Shown here: piece after piece, positions 38,577-53,699 of the stretch
Layout of the letters: each line of letters starts with the position of its first letter
Numbering within the stretch: the first letter of the stretch is position 1
DNA from: the human T2T-CHM13v2.0 reference genome, Homo sapiens
Length of the DNA stretch: 64,000 bases
Assembly: GCF_009914755.1 (NCBI RefSeq)
Contig: NC_060940.1
Strand: one strand, 5' to 3'
Made by a program: the position numbers and the translations under genes
The notes under the pieces: model-generated
Told to the model about the DNA's origin: nothing
Seen by the model: only the letters and a program-made list of their open reading frames with translations
The model's database searches: none

Positions 38577-39026
38577 TGTGATGGTTAATTTTAAGTGTCA
38601 ACTTGACTGGGCTAAGGGATGCCCAGATACCTGGTAAAACATTTTTTCTGGGTGTATCTATGAGGGTGCTTCTGGGACAGATGAGCTTTTGAATCAGTAA
38701 AGTGAAGAAGATCACTCTCACCAATGTCAGTAGGTATCATCCCAGTGCATTTTGCAAAAGTGCAGAATTGGGTGAATTTGCTCTCCACTTGAGCTGGAAG
38801 ATTCATTTTCTCTTGCCCTTGGAGTCAGTGTTCCTGGTTCTCAGGCCCTCACGCTTGGACTGGAACTATACCATCAGCTTTCGAGGACCTGCTGCTTGCA
38901 GATGGCAGATCATGGAACTTCTCAGCCTCCACAGTCACCTGAGCCAATCACTCATAATGAATCTCTTTCTGCATATCATTATACTTCCTACTGGTTCTAT
39001 TTCTCTGGAGAACTCTGACAAATAGA
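38577..39026 (+). mobile_element. MLT2B/C-like ERVL solo LTR
   Basis: Starts 'tgtgatggttaattttaagtgtcaacttgactgggctaagg', ends 'ttctctggagaactctgacaaataga'. Confidence 0.9.
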
Positions 39027-39915
39027 CCTCTACATTCATGATTTCAAGGATGATGACTCTAACTTGTTTGAAATATGTCATTATCACACATATCTTCTTA
39101 AACACAAAGCACATGCACTGAGGCTTTTTTTTATAATATAACAAAATCCAGTGCATAATTATGTTCACTTCCCTAGGTATAAACAGTCATAATATTTATC
39201 ACATAATTAAACAGGCAAGATTTACTCCTTTGGGCATCTACCAGAACATATTTAAATGTTGTCTTTGAATTGTGCTGTATACACAAATGTACTTTGTATT
39301 TAAGAAAAAAATGGCTTATCCCTAATCTTCTCAACAAAATCAAGAGAATAAAATAACAGGTAATTTTTCATCTTTAGCTTGCATGTGGAGAAACTGAATA
39401 TAACTTTTAATTTAGTGGGTGCCCTTGGGTCACTAATGAGTCAGAAATAAAATAAAAAACTTAATTTCCATTCTGCTGATTTTTAATGCCGTTATGTCCA
39501 ACTCCCAAAGACTTAATAATAAAACATCAACAAAGTCACTTGTAGGTAATAACATTCTTCAATGCTTCTGTGTATCTTCCTCTAGGGATAAACAGGCATA
39601 TCTACATGTATTTAGTAATAATTCTAAATTGCACAAAAGAAATAGCCCTGATATCACTATTTTCAAGCTCAAAAAAATATGCTGACATTAATTTCACATT
39701 TAACAGTTCTGTGCAAGTCGATCCTATCAATACAAGTGCTAGTCTCAAATCAGAATTTAAATTAATAACCCATCTCATATTAATAGCTAAACAACCATGA
39801 GGCTTCAGTGACCTCATTAGAGGCATATAGCTACATTTTTATTATAAATTTAAGCAGTTTGACAAGAAATAACCCCACAAAACACATAAACTGTAAATTC
39901 TTTCAATTGCCATAC

Positions 39916-40397
39916 TGTATTAGCGTACAAAGGCTGCTGTAACAAAGTACCACAAACTGAGTGGCTTAAATAGCAGAAATTATTTTTCGCAGTTCTGGAG
40001 GCCAAGAGTCCAAGATCAAGGCACTGGCGAGATCAGTTTCTTCTGGGGTCTATGAGGAATAATCTGTTCCACGCCTCTTCCCTAGTTTTCTGATGGTTTA
40101 CTGGCAATCTTTGGCATTCCTTGGCTTGTAGCAGTATTGCCCCATCCCTACCTTAACCCTACCTTAAACTTCTTATGGCATTCTCCCTGTGTGCGTATCT
40201 GCCCCAGATTTCCCCTTTGTAGAACACCAGTAGAACACCAGTCATATTGGATTAGGAGCCACCCTGTTCCCATATCACGCCATATTAAATCATTGTATCT
40301 GCAATGATCCTAATTTCTAAATAAGGTCTCATTCTGAGGTATTGGAGGTCAAGACTTCATATAAATTTCGGAGAGGAGACACAATTCAACCCAAAGC
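39916..40397 (-). mobile_element. MLT1C-like MaLR LTR
   Basis: 'ggctgctgtaacaaagtaccacaaactgagtggcttaaa' ... 'gacacaattcaaccc'. Confidence 0.88.
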
Positions 40398-41055
40398 TTC
40401 AAGTTATCTTTCTGGCTTCCGCTTAGTACCTCCTCATATGCAAATCTCAGGCATCTTTCCAGGTGCTCATTTGTAAAATTTAAAAAGGTGAGGTCTCGTA
40501 AGGTACGGCTCATTCACTTGTCCTCTTCCTGAGACCCAGGTATGGTCCTAACTTTGGGTAGAACTGAGCTAGAGAGCTCCACCCCAGGAGCTGCAAGCCT
40601 GAAAGACACAGTTCAAGGATACAGAGAACACACCCATTCCTGGATTCTATCCCTTCCACCTTCCTGTGTTAACAGCTGCTCATCCTCACCCCAAACCCCT
40701 CAAGGGTGGGAAGGTGTCCCCTTTCCTAGTAGGAGGGGACAGGGATGAGGCTAGAGAGGTATAGAGTGCCTGACGAGCCAAGAGCAAGAAGCAGACATAG
40801 AGCTGAGTTCCCTGACCCACACACCTGCCCCTGCCTAGCCCCATCCACCTGCTGAGAGGCAGACAAACACCCAGGTTTTAGGCAGTCTGCTGGGTTTACT
40901 TTTCTTCTCTCATCTCTCACTGTACCCCTCCCAACTGAGCTGAAGGTCTTTGTGTCCCTGGACCTCATCGTGGTGTCTTCCCTTCGCACAGCCATTCCCT
41001 TTGCCTACACCCCAGCCATCATCACCACTGCCACCCCACTGAGTAACACTTCCTC

Positions 41056-41394
41056 TTTTTCTTAAATTTAACTTTTATTTTAAATTCAGCAGTACATGTG
41101 CAGGTTTGTTATATTGGTAAACTTCTGTCATGAAGGGTTGATGTACAGATTATCTCATCACCCAGGTAAGCCTAGTAACGATTATTTATTTTTCTTGATC
41201 CTCTCCCTCCTCCCAGCCTCCGCCCCCAGATAGGTCCCAGTGTCTGTTTTTCCCCTTTACGTGTCCATGTGTTGTCATCATTTAGTTCCAACTTATAAGT
41301 GAGGTATTTGGTTTTCTATTCCTGTGTTAGCGTGCTAAAGATAATGGCCTCCAGCTCCATGCATGTTCCTGCAAAGAACACAATCTCGTTCTTA
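41056..41394 (-). mobile_element. Short 5'-truncated L1PA (PA13-15-like) 3'UTR
   Basis: 'tacatgtgcaggtttgttatattggtaaact...cccaggtaagcctagta'; diverged TSD taacac(t/c)tcct. Confidence 0.88.
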
Positions 41395-41399
41395 TAACA

Positions 41400-41615
41400 C
41401 CTCCTTTTACTCTCAGTTTAGATGCCCCTGCCTAACACTGACAGCACCTTAAGCTTTTTCGCAACAAGCCTTTACCGTAATAACTGCTCACCTATGCATA
41501 AGCTCTGTAAGGGCAGACAGACAGATACTCCCTTCACTCCACTAGCCCCAGCACCCAACATAGGCTTGGGCCATGCTCATTGCCCAATAAATATCTGTTG
41601 GTGAATAAATGAATG
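41400..41615 (+). mobile_element. L2 3' end
   Basis: 'taagctctgtaagggcagacag...caataaatatctgttggtgaataaatgaatg'. Confidence 0.75.
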
Positions 41616-41769
41616 CACAGTGTTTGCAGATGACCTTGAGGACATGATTTAAGAGCACTTAATGATTTTTGTTTTTTACTTCATGTCCTGTCCTCTCATG
41701 ATTTTGTTTAAACACTTTGACGAATCCTTTCCTCACAGCAACACGTCAGCCTACAACTAGTCTCAGGGT

Positions 41770-41925
41770 GTTAGAATTGGAGGTTCCTTGGAGAACATGT
41801 GGACAATCACCCCTGAGGGAAATAAAGTCCAGAGAGGTGAAGTGATGGGCCCAAGTCCAGCCAGCTCTTTGACAAGACTGAAGCTAGAATCTGTCTCTTG
41901 AGTCAGGCCTGTGCTCTTCCTAATC
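41770..41925 (-). mobile_element. MIR/MIR3 fragment
   Basis: 'gagggaaataaagtccagagaggtgaagtgatgggcccaagt'. Confidence 0.6.
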
Positions 41926-42710
41926 AATAATGTCTAACTCTGTTTCTGGAAAACCCAGGAATGCATGCACGCTTCTCAAGTCCACGTTGTGGTCTAAGTG
42001 GAAGTCCAAGGTTATACCACTGGCTTCTGCTGATTTTATCTTGCATTTTACAGGCCACCTTGCCTTAAGATAAACTACTAAAACTGCATCACAGACACAT
42101 ACACTTCTAATAACATTCAAATAATGCAATTCAAGCTGTTTTCCCAGCCCTCAATTCTCTTGCTTCCACTGCCTTAGGCTCCCTTTAAATGCATCTCTTT
42201 TTCTGTGATTCCAACAGGAATATTTCCATCTCTGGACTGCAGAACTAGCCCCATGTGCATGTTTATATCAATGCGCAATCAATCATAGTTTGTTCTTTTT
42301 AAAATGGTTTTCTTTTTAAAGACCCAAGTTTTGAATGGCTGGTTCAAATCAATTGGTCACTTAGGAAGGAAATTAACAATCTTTCTGATTGCAGATCAAG
42401 ATTTTTTTTCTCCTCTTAATTCCTATTATTTTGTCCTGAACGCAAAAGTATTCCAGGACTAGAGAATTATGCAACAACAGTTTGGTAATGATTTTTATAT
42501 GACTTGCTGACATATAACATAAAGAAGGAACAACTGAGAAAATGGCTCTTCTAAAAAAGCAAAAGTTGAATAGGACTTTACAATAAAATACAGTCGTGAC
42601 TAGAAATACATTATGCTTTTGCAACATTGTGATCAAAATTTTCTGCATCTTCATGCAAGATAAATAAGGTTTAAAATTTAACAGCAATATAAATCAATAA
42701 AAATAGTACC

Positions 42711-42806
42711 CCTTAAATACACTGACTTGATCATCACATGTTCCATACATGTAATGAAATATATGTAGCCCAGAAATATGTACAATTACGCATCAATAAA
42801 GTAAAA
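42711..42806 (+). mobile_element. Very short L1MA 3' tail
   Basis: 'aaatacactgacttgatcatcacatgttccatacatgtaa...aaatatgtacaattacgcatcaataaa'. Confidence 0.7.
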
Positions 42807-42826
42807 GGAAGATCTAAGCATAATTC

Positions 42827-42832
42827 GTGTGT

Positions 42833-42876
<44 letters not shown>
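42827..42876. repeat. (GT)~25 microsatellite with one interruption
   Basis: Read directly. Confidence 0.97.
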
Positions 42877-42879
<3 letters not shown>

Positions 42880-43025
42880 GCCAATGTTTGTGGCAGAGAA
42901 ACCGGTGAAATCGTACTTTCTAAACCCTTTACATTTTTGAAAGTTTTGGTGTTTACAGTTGTACTTCTATGACTTATCATCTTCATTTCAACTTTTTAAA
43001 AGGTATATCAATATTTATCTAAACC

Positions 43026-43356
<331 letters not shown>

Positions 43357-44184
43357 TTAAACCATAAGAGCAAAAAAATGACTTGTTACATAATAACCCA
43401 GAGCAGAGAATCAACCAGAATAAAGGATTCATAAGTACAAGCAAGATTAGCAAAAAAAAAAAAAAAAAAAAAGCCCACTAGCATTGTTCCCCACCTAAAC
43501 TATTAACAGAAACTCAATTTGTGATGAATGTGTTGTAATCACTGAATTACTGTTAAATACAAATGCTTGGGCTTGCATTGAGAAACTCCACATACATTGG
43601 CTTCTTCTCTGAGTTTACAAATTCTAATTTCAATTTTTACCTTTACTACTAATACTTTTAAAATATCCTTAAAATATACTCAACACTCTAAGGCATCATA
43701 TAGTGCCCCCTTTCCTGTACAATGAAAAGAACATACATGTAATCTATCTTTTCAATTCTCCCATAATCTTGATCATTAGAAGATAATAATTTTAACTAAA
43801 AAAGTATATATTAAAAAGTCCAGTTGTTTCATTCTGTTTAATGAATCTATCAATACAGCAAATTATTGGCTCCTTTTAAGATATTTCTAAGATAAATCAC
43901 CTACCATGAAAGTAAATGAAAATCCACAGTTCTTCATTGAAAGTTTATGAAGCTTGGGGGCCAAGTTAGGACACTGAATCTGCTAACTTGTAGTTCACTC
44001 GTTGCCACAGAAAATATTTTTAAAAACAATGTGTAAATGTAACAATAACGTATTTCGTCATATTAGCAGTATTAAGACTTACCAATTTACTGACTACTCC
44101 ATATTCTGTAGCACAAACCCAAATCACTCTCTAGAGATTCCAAACCAACTTGGCTACAGGCACCCACAATGCAGACTCAGTACA

Positions 44185-44380
44185 ATAGCATGCTCTCGTA
44201 GCCTGCAAGTCTTTCCCGCTCTTCCTGTTTTCTGCCTTGGTGTAGGATACCTCCATCCACTAGAATGGCCAACCCAGAAATCTGGGAGTCGCAGTGGTCT
44301 CTTCCCTCTGCCCTGTCATAGATGATCAATCATGATGCCCTCAAAATTTGGCCTTGTAAAAGATCTTGAGATCTGTTCAG
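44185..44380 (+). mobile_element. L2 internal fragment
   Basis: 'acctccatccactagaatggccaacccagaaatctgggagtc'. Confidence 0.5.
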
Positions 44381-44849
44381 TTGTATGCCAGAAAAACCTT
44401 GCTCTGTGAATAACTGTTTCTCACGTCACTTGGAAAATGACCTGAAGCAGTAGAAGAAATGTTGACAAGTCTAAATTTTGGGGAGCAACAAATCTAGTGA
44501 GCTCAGGAACAGGACCAAGAAGTCTCTTCCACATAGAATCTAAGAGACTCAGCCTCATGCTGTAAGTCTAGATGTTGATCTTTGCTTGCCATTCAATGAT
44601 TTCCAGGGAAACATTAGACAATTTTATTATAAAATGCTTCTTTTCTGCCTAATTGTGCCTTCTGTTCTCATAAAAAATAAACATCTTGACTTAATTAGCT
44701 TTTTTAAAAAATGTAAATATTAGTTGACATTTTCTTCCATAGTATATCTCTGCAGGATTCAAAAAATGTCATGACTTTTTATCTTTGAGTTTATTTTTCT
44801 CTTCCCCTAACTCCATGAGATTCAACAACTGAAAGGTTACTATAACTTC

Positions 44850-46140
44850 AAACCCCCACAGTACCCTTATAGTTGCTACTCCACAAAGTATACCCACTAC
44901 CTTGACGTCTAACATTAAGAATTATGTTTGCGGCTGGGCATGATGGCTCACACCTGTAATCCCAGCACTTTGGGAAGCCAAGCTTGGTGGATCACAAGGT
45001 CAGGAGTTCAAGACCAGACTGGCCAAGATGGTGAAACCCCGTCTCTACTGAAAATACAAAAATTAGCCAAGTGTGGTGGCAGGCATCTGTAATCCCAGCT
45101 ACTCGGGAGGCTGAGGCAGGAAATTGCTTGAACCCGGGCGGTGGAGATTGCAGTGAGCGGAGATCGGGCCACTGCATTCCAGCCTGGGTCATAGAGCGAG
45201 ACTCTGTCTCAAAAAAAAAAAAAAAATAGAATTAGGTTTGCCTGTTTTGGGACTTGATATAAAGGAGAACATACAATTATGTACTCTTTTTTATCTGACT
45301 TCTCTCACTCATCATAATGTATGTGAAGTTGATCAGCATTGTGTTGTAGAAATGCTTTGTTCTTTTTCATTATTGTATGATGTTCCATTAAATAAATTTA
45401 CCACAATTTATCCCTTGTAGTGTTGATACACATTTGAGTTGTTTTCAGTTTGGGGCTATCAGAAATAATGCTTCTAAGAACATTTGTATCCATGTCTTTT
45501 GGTGAAGAGATATATACACACCTGAAGAAAAAGGGCTGGACTGTAGGATATGCAATTATTTAACTTTAAGGGCTATTGACAGTTTTCAAAGAGATTATAC
45601 TGATTGACATTCCTCTCAGCAGTGTATGAGAATTCCAGTTGCTCCATTTCCTTACCAACATTTGAATGTTTTTAGTATGATTTTTATTAGTATGATTTTT
45701 ATTTTAGCCATTCTGGTAGGCATATAGATTATATAATGTTATGCTTTTATTATTTTTATATTTATTGTTTTATCAATGAATAAAAGACATTGAACATATT
45801 TTCACATTTATTGATCATTTGAATGTCTTTTTATAAAGGGTCTGTGCACTTTTAAAGATTCTTCTTTTTTTTACTGTTTTGTAGGAATTCTTTACACAGT
45901 TTAGGTATAGGTCCTTTGGCAGATAAATGCATTGCAAATGACTTCTTCCACACTGTATTTTGCCTTTTCATTTTCTCAATGATGTTTACTGGTGGACAGA
46001 ACTTCTTAATGTAGTTCAGTTTATCAACTTTTTCATTTAAAGCTAGTGCTTTTTGTGTCCAATTATAGAAAATTTTTGCCTACCCCAAGGTCATGAAAAT
46101 ATTTTCCTATGCTTTCTTCTATAAGCTTTATTGTGATATC
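44850..46140 (-). mobile_element. L1ME/MC-like fragment, antisense, interrupted by Alu
   Basis: 'ttgagttgttttcagtttggggctat', 'cagcagtgtatgagaattccagttgctcca', 'tttgcctaccccaaggtcatgaa'. Confidence 0.85.
44932..45226 (+). mobile_element. AluSg-like
   Basis: 'gatcacaaggtcaggagttcaagaccagactggccaagatgg'; TSD agaatta(t/g)gtttgc. Confidence 0.94.
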
Positions 46141-46812
46141 TTTCAAAAAGGCCACATGTTAGCTGTAGGTTTAGTTGTGAGGAAGACATTTTAATAATAA
46201 CAAGCACTAATACATGCTAGAACTTTAATCATTATATGAAAAGTCATGAAGCAGAGACAAAGGCAAATATTCTTTCTCTTGCTTTACTTTCTTGCAAAAA
46301 TAAGAAGAAAAGCAGCCTAGGAAAAAGAAAAATTTTTAAAAAGCTTCACCTTGAAGGTATTCAAGTGGTGTGTTTCCGAAGTCCTTGTCGATGTTTCTAC
46401 CCCGTGGAAAACCTCTGGAGATCTCCATGTATTGATTCTCTGGGGGCTCAGACATCTTCCTCTTGGGGGTGCTGATGGATGTTTCTGGGAAGCTTCTAAT
46501 CAATTAAGTGCCAAAGGTGAAAAAAAGATAAGGCCATTAATGACTATGATATCAAGGTCTATGCTGGAGAAAAAATACCCTAAGTGAGCAATAAGATTTT
46601 CTAGAAATTTCTGAGACATTCAGACTTCTTTAAAGAGTACAAAGACTTTTAAAGGTGAACCAGTTACAATATAATCAGAGCATCCTGGTGCCCCTGCTTT
46701 TTTTTTTTTTTTTTTTTTTTGCAACATTGATATTTTAAACAAAGAAAAAATACAAGACCCTGTGAGTTACTTGGGTTACTGAAAAGCAGACAATGAAATA
46801 AACTATGGAGAA

Positions 46813-47004
46813 TTTTTTTTTTTTGAGACCGAGTTTTACTCTTGTTGCCCAGGCTGGAGTGCAATGGCACCATCTTGGCTCACCACAACCTCCCTTACTG
46901 GGTTCAAGCAATTCTCCTGCCTCAGCCTCCCTAGCAGCTGGGATGACAGGCATGCACCACCATGCCCAGCTAATTTTGTATTTTTGGTACAGATGGGGTT
47001 TCTC
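46813..47004 (-). mobile_element. 5'-truncated AluSp-like
   Basis: 'gagttttactcttgttgcccaggctggagtgcaatggc'; perfect TSD aactatggagaattt at 46801-46815 and 47005-47019. Confidence 0.93.
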
Positions 47005-48753
47005 AACTATGGAGAATTTCACAACTGAGAGCAGGAAAAACTGTGGGAAGAGTCCTTGGCATGTCAGAATTCCTATAGAACTTCATTCAGCAATATGCTG
47101 AGGGTTTTTTTTTTTCTTACAAATGTGGTTTGCCATGATTTTGCAGTTGGTTCCTTTCAGATAAGAATGATCCTTAGAATTCTCTTTCTTGCTATCCCAT
47201 TTCAAAAAATGTTTATTTCCATGCTCTGAAAATTGGTAATGTGGCTAAATTCCTCATCTTTTTGTGTTTGTAAGAAATGGAATTAGACTATTATAAAGTG
47301 TGGAAGGGGAATTATTTGCCAGCAGTAACATGAGTAAATTTAGTCAACTTTTGATTGATGACAGTGTCTTGCCTGGTGAAGAGGGAAAGAGAGAAATTCA
47401 CATAGCTGGACCCTGACATGCACTGCAGGTGCCCAACTACATAATGCCAGCTAATCATAGGTGGTGAGGGAAAATAACTGTTGTCAGACAGTCCTAATAA
47501 AGACACTAAATCAAACATATTTTAGTATCAAGGTGATGATGATGAAAGGGAAAGAGTCTCCCAGATATGTGGAAAGTGATTAGTTATACAATAAAGGTAA
47601 AACTATGCCTGATAAACCATCAGACATAAGATCTCTAAAACCTGCAGCACTAACAGGAGGGGAAAAATAGGCTAAGTAAATCATCAAAACATAAACAGAC
47701 CGTCATTTTATGGTTCTTTAGTCTGCAGGCTTTCAACTTCTCTGTTAAACATTTTGCTCAGCTGGAAAAAATTCAGTAGCAAGACCAGCCATGGTCCTCA
47801 TTCCTACCGGCGATGTTATCTCAAGAATGCACTACACCAAGCGCATTGGAGCCTGCCCAGCTCTGCACCGTGCCTGATAGCAGCCATCAAAGGGGCAGTC
47901 CTCAAATGCCACCATCACAGGACAATCCCCACCTGTTTGCTTTGTCCTTCCCTATGCCTCTTTAAAATTCGCACAATAGTGGTTCATGCTCCGAGGATTG
48001 TTATCTGAGTGAAGGCAGGCTGCCTGAATTTGAAACTGAGTGTCTTGAATAAAAACCTTGTGGTTTTGTTATGAATAAAAAGCTTGTGGTACTAACTTGA
48101 AGCAGAGAGAAGAACCCAGAAGCCAAGGCAAGATGGTCTGTATGGTTTTGAGCCTCTATATCAATGTTAAACATATTCTGTAGAGGTGCCCTTTGGTAAG
48201 GCATGACTCTAAAGAAATAATTCTGACTTCCAAAGGCAAGGTTAAAGTGGCCTTTAGTTTTCAGATTTTCAGAATTCCAGAGACAAATTATGATTATAAA
48301 ACTGTTAGAATAATACATGTAAAGACAGAAGAGTTTCATGTTGTTAGTATATGTATTCGCATGTTTGGGACACTGTCTCTTCCTCTCACAATAAGTTGAA
48401 CCACTTAACAATGGCAAGTTCTCTATAAATATGTCTTACTTCCCTAATGAACCTAGTTAATTACCATAATTCAGAACAAATCTCTATTCTTCTTTCTCCA
48501 TGATCCAGAAGCAATCTTCAAATGTCTCTTTCCTCCCTTGACTACCACCCTTAGGAAACTGTCCCCCACCTCCAATTCCGGTTTAGAGGTGCCTTCTCTC
48601 AGCTCACAGGACCCCCAAGGGCTCTAGCACTGAACCTCCTGCACTGTCGTTAGAGGTTTGTCTCCCCCACTGAATTTCACAAAGCCTGGAAGGGTGCCCC
48701 CCTGGATTTTGTTTTAATCTTCAGTACCTACTATCACATGACTTATTTACCAA

Positions 48754-48905
48754 TAGCCAGGTGTGGTGGCGGGCGCCTATAGTCCCAGCTACTTGGGAGG
48801 CTGAGGCAGGAAAATGGCGTGAACCCAGGAGGCGGAGCTTGTAGTTAGCCATGATGGCGCCACTCCAGCCTGTGCAACAGAGCGAGACTCCGTCTCAAAA
48901 AAAAA
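48754..48905 (+). mobile_element. AluY right monomer only (5'-truncated)
   Basis: 'aatggcgtgaacccaggaggcggagcttg...gagcgagactccgtctcaaaa'. Confidence 0.9.
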
Positions 48906-48937
48906 TAGAAATGTCACCAAAATTTTGCTCTAACTGG

Positions 48938-49458
48938 TGTAAGGGTTAATTTTGTGTGTCAGCTTGGCTAGGCTATGGTGCACTGTTGTTTGGTCAATCA
49001 CTAGTGTAGATACGGTGCTGAAGGTATTTTTTAGATGTAATTAATATTTAAATCAGTAGGTTTTGAGTAAAGCAGATTACTCTCCATAAAGTGGGTGGGA
49101 TTTGTCCAGTCAGGTGAAGGTCTGAAGTGCAAATACTGAGGTTTCCTGAAGAAGAAGGAATCTTCCTTAGGGCTGCAACGTAGAAACCCTACCTGAGTTT
49201 CCAGCCCGCAGGGTTACAGATTTCAAACTTGCCAGCTCCTACAATCACATGGCCCAATTCCTTAAAAATCTTTCTCTCTCAATATATATGCAATATATAA
49301 TAAAATATATAATAGATGCTTTATATGTTATACAATATAATATGTATCCTATAGGAAATATAATTTAATATACAATACATATTATACTATGTATCACATA
49401 GGTATACCAATATACCTATAAGTTCTATTTATCTGGAGAACCCTGACTAATAAATACA
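48938..49458 (+). mobile_element. MLT2D-like ERVL solo LTR with AT-rich expansion
   Basis: Starts 'tgtaagggttaattttgtgtgtcagcttggctaggcta', ends 'tctggagaaccctgactaata'. Confidence 0.9.
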
Positions 49459-49489
49459 GCTAGTAATTCACCATTTCAGATTCAGGCTT

Positions 49490-50815
<1,326 letters not shown>

Positions 50816-50948
50816 TACAATGATATTAGTAAGACTGGGGTTATCACTCCTCTTTGGTAGATTTTCTTAGAAAAGCTCAGAATGGCTAAATTTAGTAGCC
50901 ATGGCAGAACTTGGATATGAGTACTGGCCTCTTCTTTCTAAATGACAG

Positions 50949-51587
50949 TGTTGCGGCTTTTTCATCCCTGTTGTTTGGTGAGTGAGTGGGAGTGTTATAG
51001 CTGTATTACTCCCACGGCCAGCCAGCGAGCTCTGGGTCCTTGTTCCATGACCAAGAAGAATAAGGCACGCGGACTCTGGAGAGTGAGTACAACAGACTTG
51101 GATTTATTATGCAACAGAAAATCTCTAAGCATGGAGAGGGGACCCGAAAGAGGGTTACCAGCTCTGGGGCAAAGTTTTGGGTTTTTATGGACTGGGAAGT
51201 GGGAAGAGTGTGCTGACTGGTCTGCAGGTGGTCTTGGAGAAAGCACCACTTAGAAAGAGATATTACAGTGAAAAGAACCAACTGGGGGCTGAAATGAAGG
51301 TTTGGCCCAGAACCAATCAGGGGCTGAAGTGATGATGCACCCTATGTAATGAAGATTCAGCTCACAGCTAAACATAGAAAGGTAGGCATATGTAAAATAA
51401 GTGAGAAGTAAGAGATAAAGGCATGTACCAAGTAGAGAGAAATGTGTCCAAAAAAGGAGTGGCATTTGTTCATCTGGGTTTACAGAATAGGTGTTTCCAT
51501 TCAAAGACATGGGCTTGCTCTTATCTGGGTTACCAAAGACCCACCCTAACTCCCTGCCTGACTGGTTTCTTCCTTCCTCCTCTCTCA
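50949..51587 (-). mobile_element. ERV1 solo LTR, MER61-like (family uncertain)
   Basis: Reverse complement starts 'tgagagaggaggaaggaagaaaccagtcaggcagggagttagggtgggtc'; TG...CA ends; near-TSD acag/aaag. Confidence 0.78.
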
Positions 51588-53209
51588 AAAGGGTGTTCAC
51601 TCTCTTGTGCTTTCCTGCTTCCCCATTTTTATATGTGATGTAGCAGTTATCACTTTCAAAAACACCACACTTACTCTTATGTCAGATCCAACAGTTGTTC
51701 ATCTTGCCTATGGATAATCTTTAATCAATCGAAGAAACATATTAAATCCAACCATTCATATACATACCCCAACTCAACTTTTTCCAAGTACCCAAAACAA
51801 TGTTTCTCCATAAGTACTTCATAATGCATGTAAAGCTCTTTTCCTCTGATACCGTTCTACGAGAAGAGGCTGCAGAGTACAGTCACTGATATATAGGTAT
51901 TTTTTTTAATCTAGTTGGTTTTCCTATTCTTTAGCTTCAATTCCAAATAAGTTACAAGATAAAGATTTAAAACTCTAAATAAATACTCAGATTCACTTTT
52001 GTGTCTTCGGACTGTTTGATCACAAGGGAACAGGACACTGCCTTTGGAAAAAAAGTGAATAACCTCATAAAATGCAGCAGCTCAGAAGGCAGCCTGGACT
52101 GGTGAGCTCAGCTTCTGCTTACTCTGGGATAGTTTTACAGTGCCAGATGGAGCCGGCCTGTTTGTTCATCCCCACAGGCCCACACTTGAAGTTACTAGAG
52201 AAGAATTAATTACTATATTTTTGTGGTTGTTGTCCATTTAGAACAACTATTTCTGTTGGTTTCATAAAACCAGGACAACATGACATCCTCATTGGTGAGA
52301 TAAGGGTCATTTATCAATGTTGGGAATGGGCTTTTTAACTCCAGCTCTTATCCCTGAATGGCCCTTGTGTCAATTCATGATTTGGGCCATCTGTCTTCCT
52401 GACCACATAAGAGTAGAACCCCCCCAAGCTCTATTTCCATACATCCCTAAAGCTCCATTTCAGTAGTCTTCTTCATTCATGTTGTTGCTCACTACCTTCA
52501 AAATAGTCTCCAATTTTTCAGTTTTGTGCCTTTCCCTAGCACAAGTAACCTCTGTTTGTAGCCATTTTTCTATTCCCTGGAAGGTTCCTTGCTCTTCTGC
52601 TACCAAGATGATGCAAAATATTATTCTACATATATTTGAGTTACTCAGCCAGAGCAGTATCTAATACTCATCCAAAATAATTTCTTGACTAAGTGCAAAA
52701 TTTTAAAGCCCCAAACATTAAAATAGATTTGCTAAAAATTTTATGAACCTAAAAACATCCTCATTCCCACCAGTCAGATGAGTCCTTTGTTCTCAGCCAG
52801 GCCATGATTCATCTAACTGAAAGGAAATCAGGGGCACAGGATGTTCAAGCCTCAAACCTTCAGGCTCTATTCTACTTCTTATCCGTTCAGTGACCCATCA
52901 AGCAAATTAACACAGCCGTATTTTTAAAGCATGCTCCAACAATAATTACTTTAAAACATGAGAGGTGTCTTATATAGGTACTATGAGGAAGACCAGGTCA
53001 TATGTGGACTGTCTCCTTGGCCATGGACAAGGCAAGGGTGAGAATCACAAATCAAAAACCACAAGTTTCACAAAGAAACATCAGAGTAAATAAATCTAGG
53101 GCATGGCGGTACAGGATGGGTGGGTTCCAGTGCAGCATGCATGGACCAGTCACTGAACCCAAGTCTGTTTCTGTTTTTATTTTTTTTTTTAAGAACCGTG
53201 CTGAGTCAT

Positions 53210-53565
53210 TGGTATGGTCTTAACGTTTGTGTCCCCCCAAAATTCATATTTTGAAACTAAATTCCCTGTGCAATACTATTAAGAGGTGGAGTCTTTAGGA
53301 GGCAATTAGGATGTGAGGGCTCTGCTCTCATGAATGAGATTAATGCCTTTATACAGAGGCCCTCGTGACCCCTTCTACCATGTAAAGACAAAGTAAGAAT
53401 GTACCATCTATGAAGCAGAGAGCAAGCTCCTAAAAGACATGGAATCTACTGGCACCTTGATTTTTGAAATCTCCAGTTTTCAGAACTGTGAGCAATAAAA
53501 TTCTGTTGCTTATAGATAACTCAGCCTAAAGTATTTTGTTATAGCAGCCCGAACAGAATAAGATA
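53210..53565 (+). mobile_element. MLT1A0-like MaLR LTR
   Basis: 'gtttgtgtccccccaaaattcata...cagaactgtgagcaataaaattctgttg...ttatagcagcccgaacagaataagata'. Confidence 0.9.
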
Positions 53566-53699
53566 CCCATTGAGTCTATTAGACTGCCTCGAAGTAGTAT
53601 AACTGAGTTCATATATTTTATCATCTCCCTCTTTTTCTGTTGATTCTGCTCAGTTTTCCAAGAGAGGGTAGCTCTGTTTTCTCCTCCTGGTGCCTGATT

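Noticed and set aside
41162-41171. Splice donor CAG|GTAAGC
   Set aside because: Lies inside an antisense L1PA 3'UTR; no other exon evidence
43452-43472. A21 tract (and the T tract ~46698-46720) as retrocopy tails
   Set aside because: No upstream mRNA or small-RNA-like body and no convincing TSD
46598-46612. Second perfect HSE (tTTCt aGAAa tTTCt)
   Set aside because: Isolated in AT-rich sequence; consistent with chance
48001-48417. Longest ORF (138 aa, minus strand)
   Set aside because: F/L/I/N-rich composition typical of AT-rich non-coding DNA; no domain or splice support
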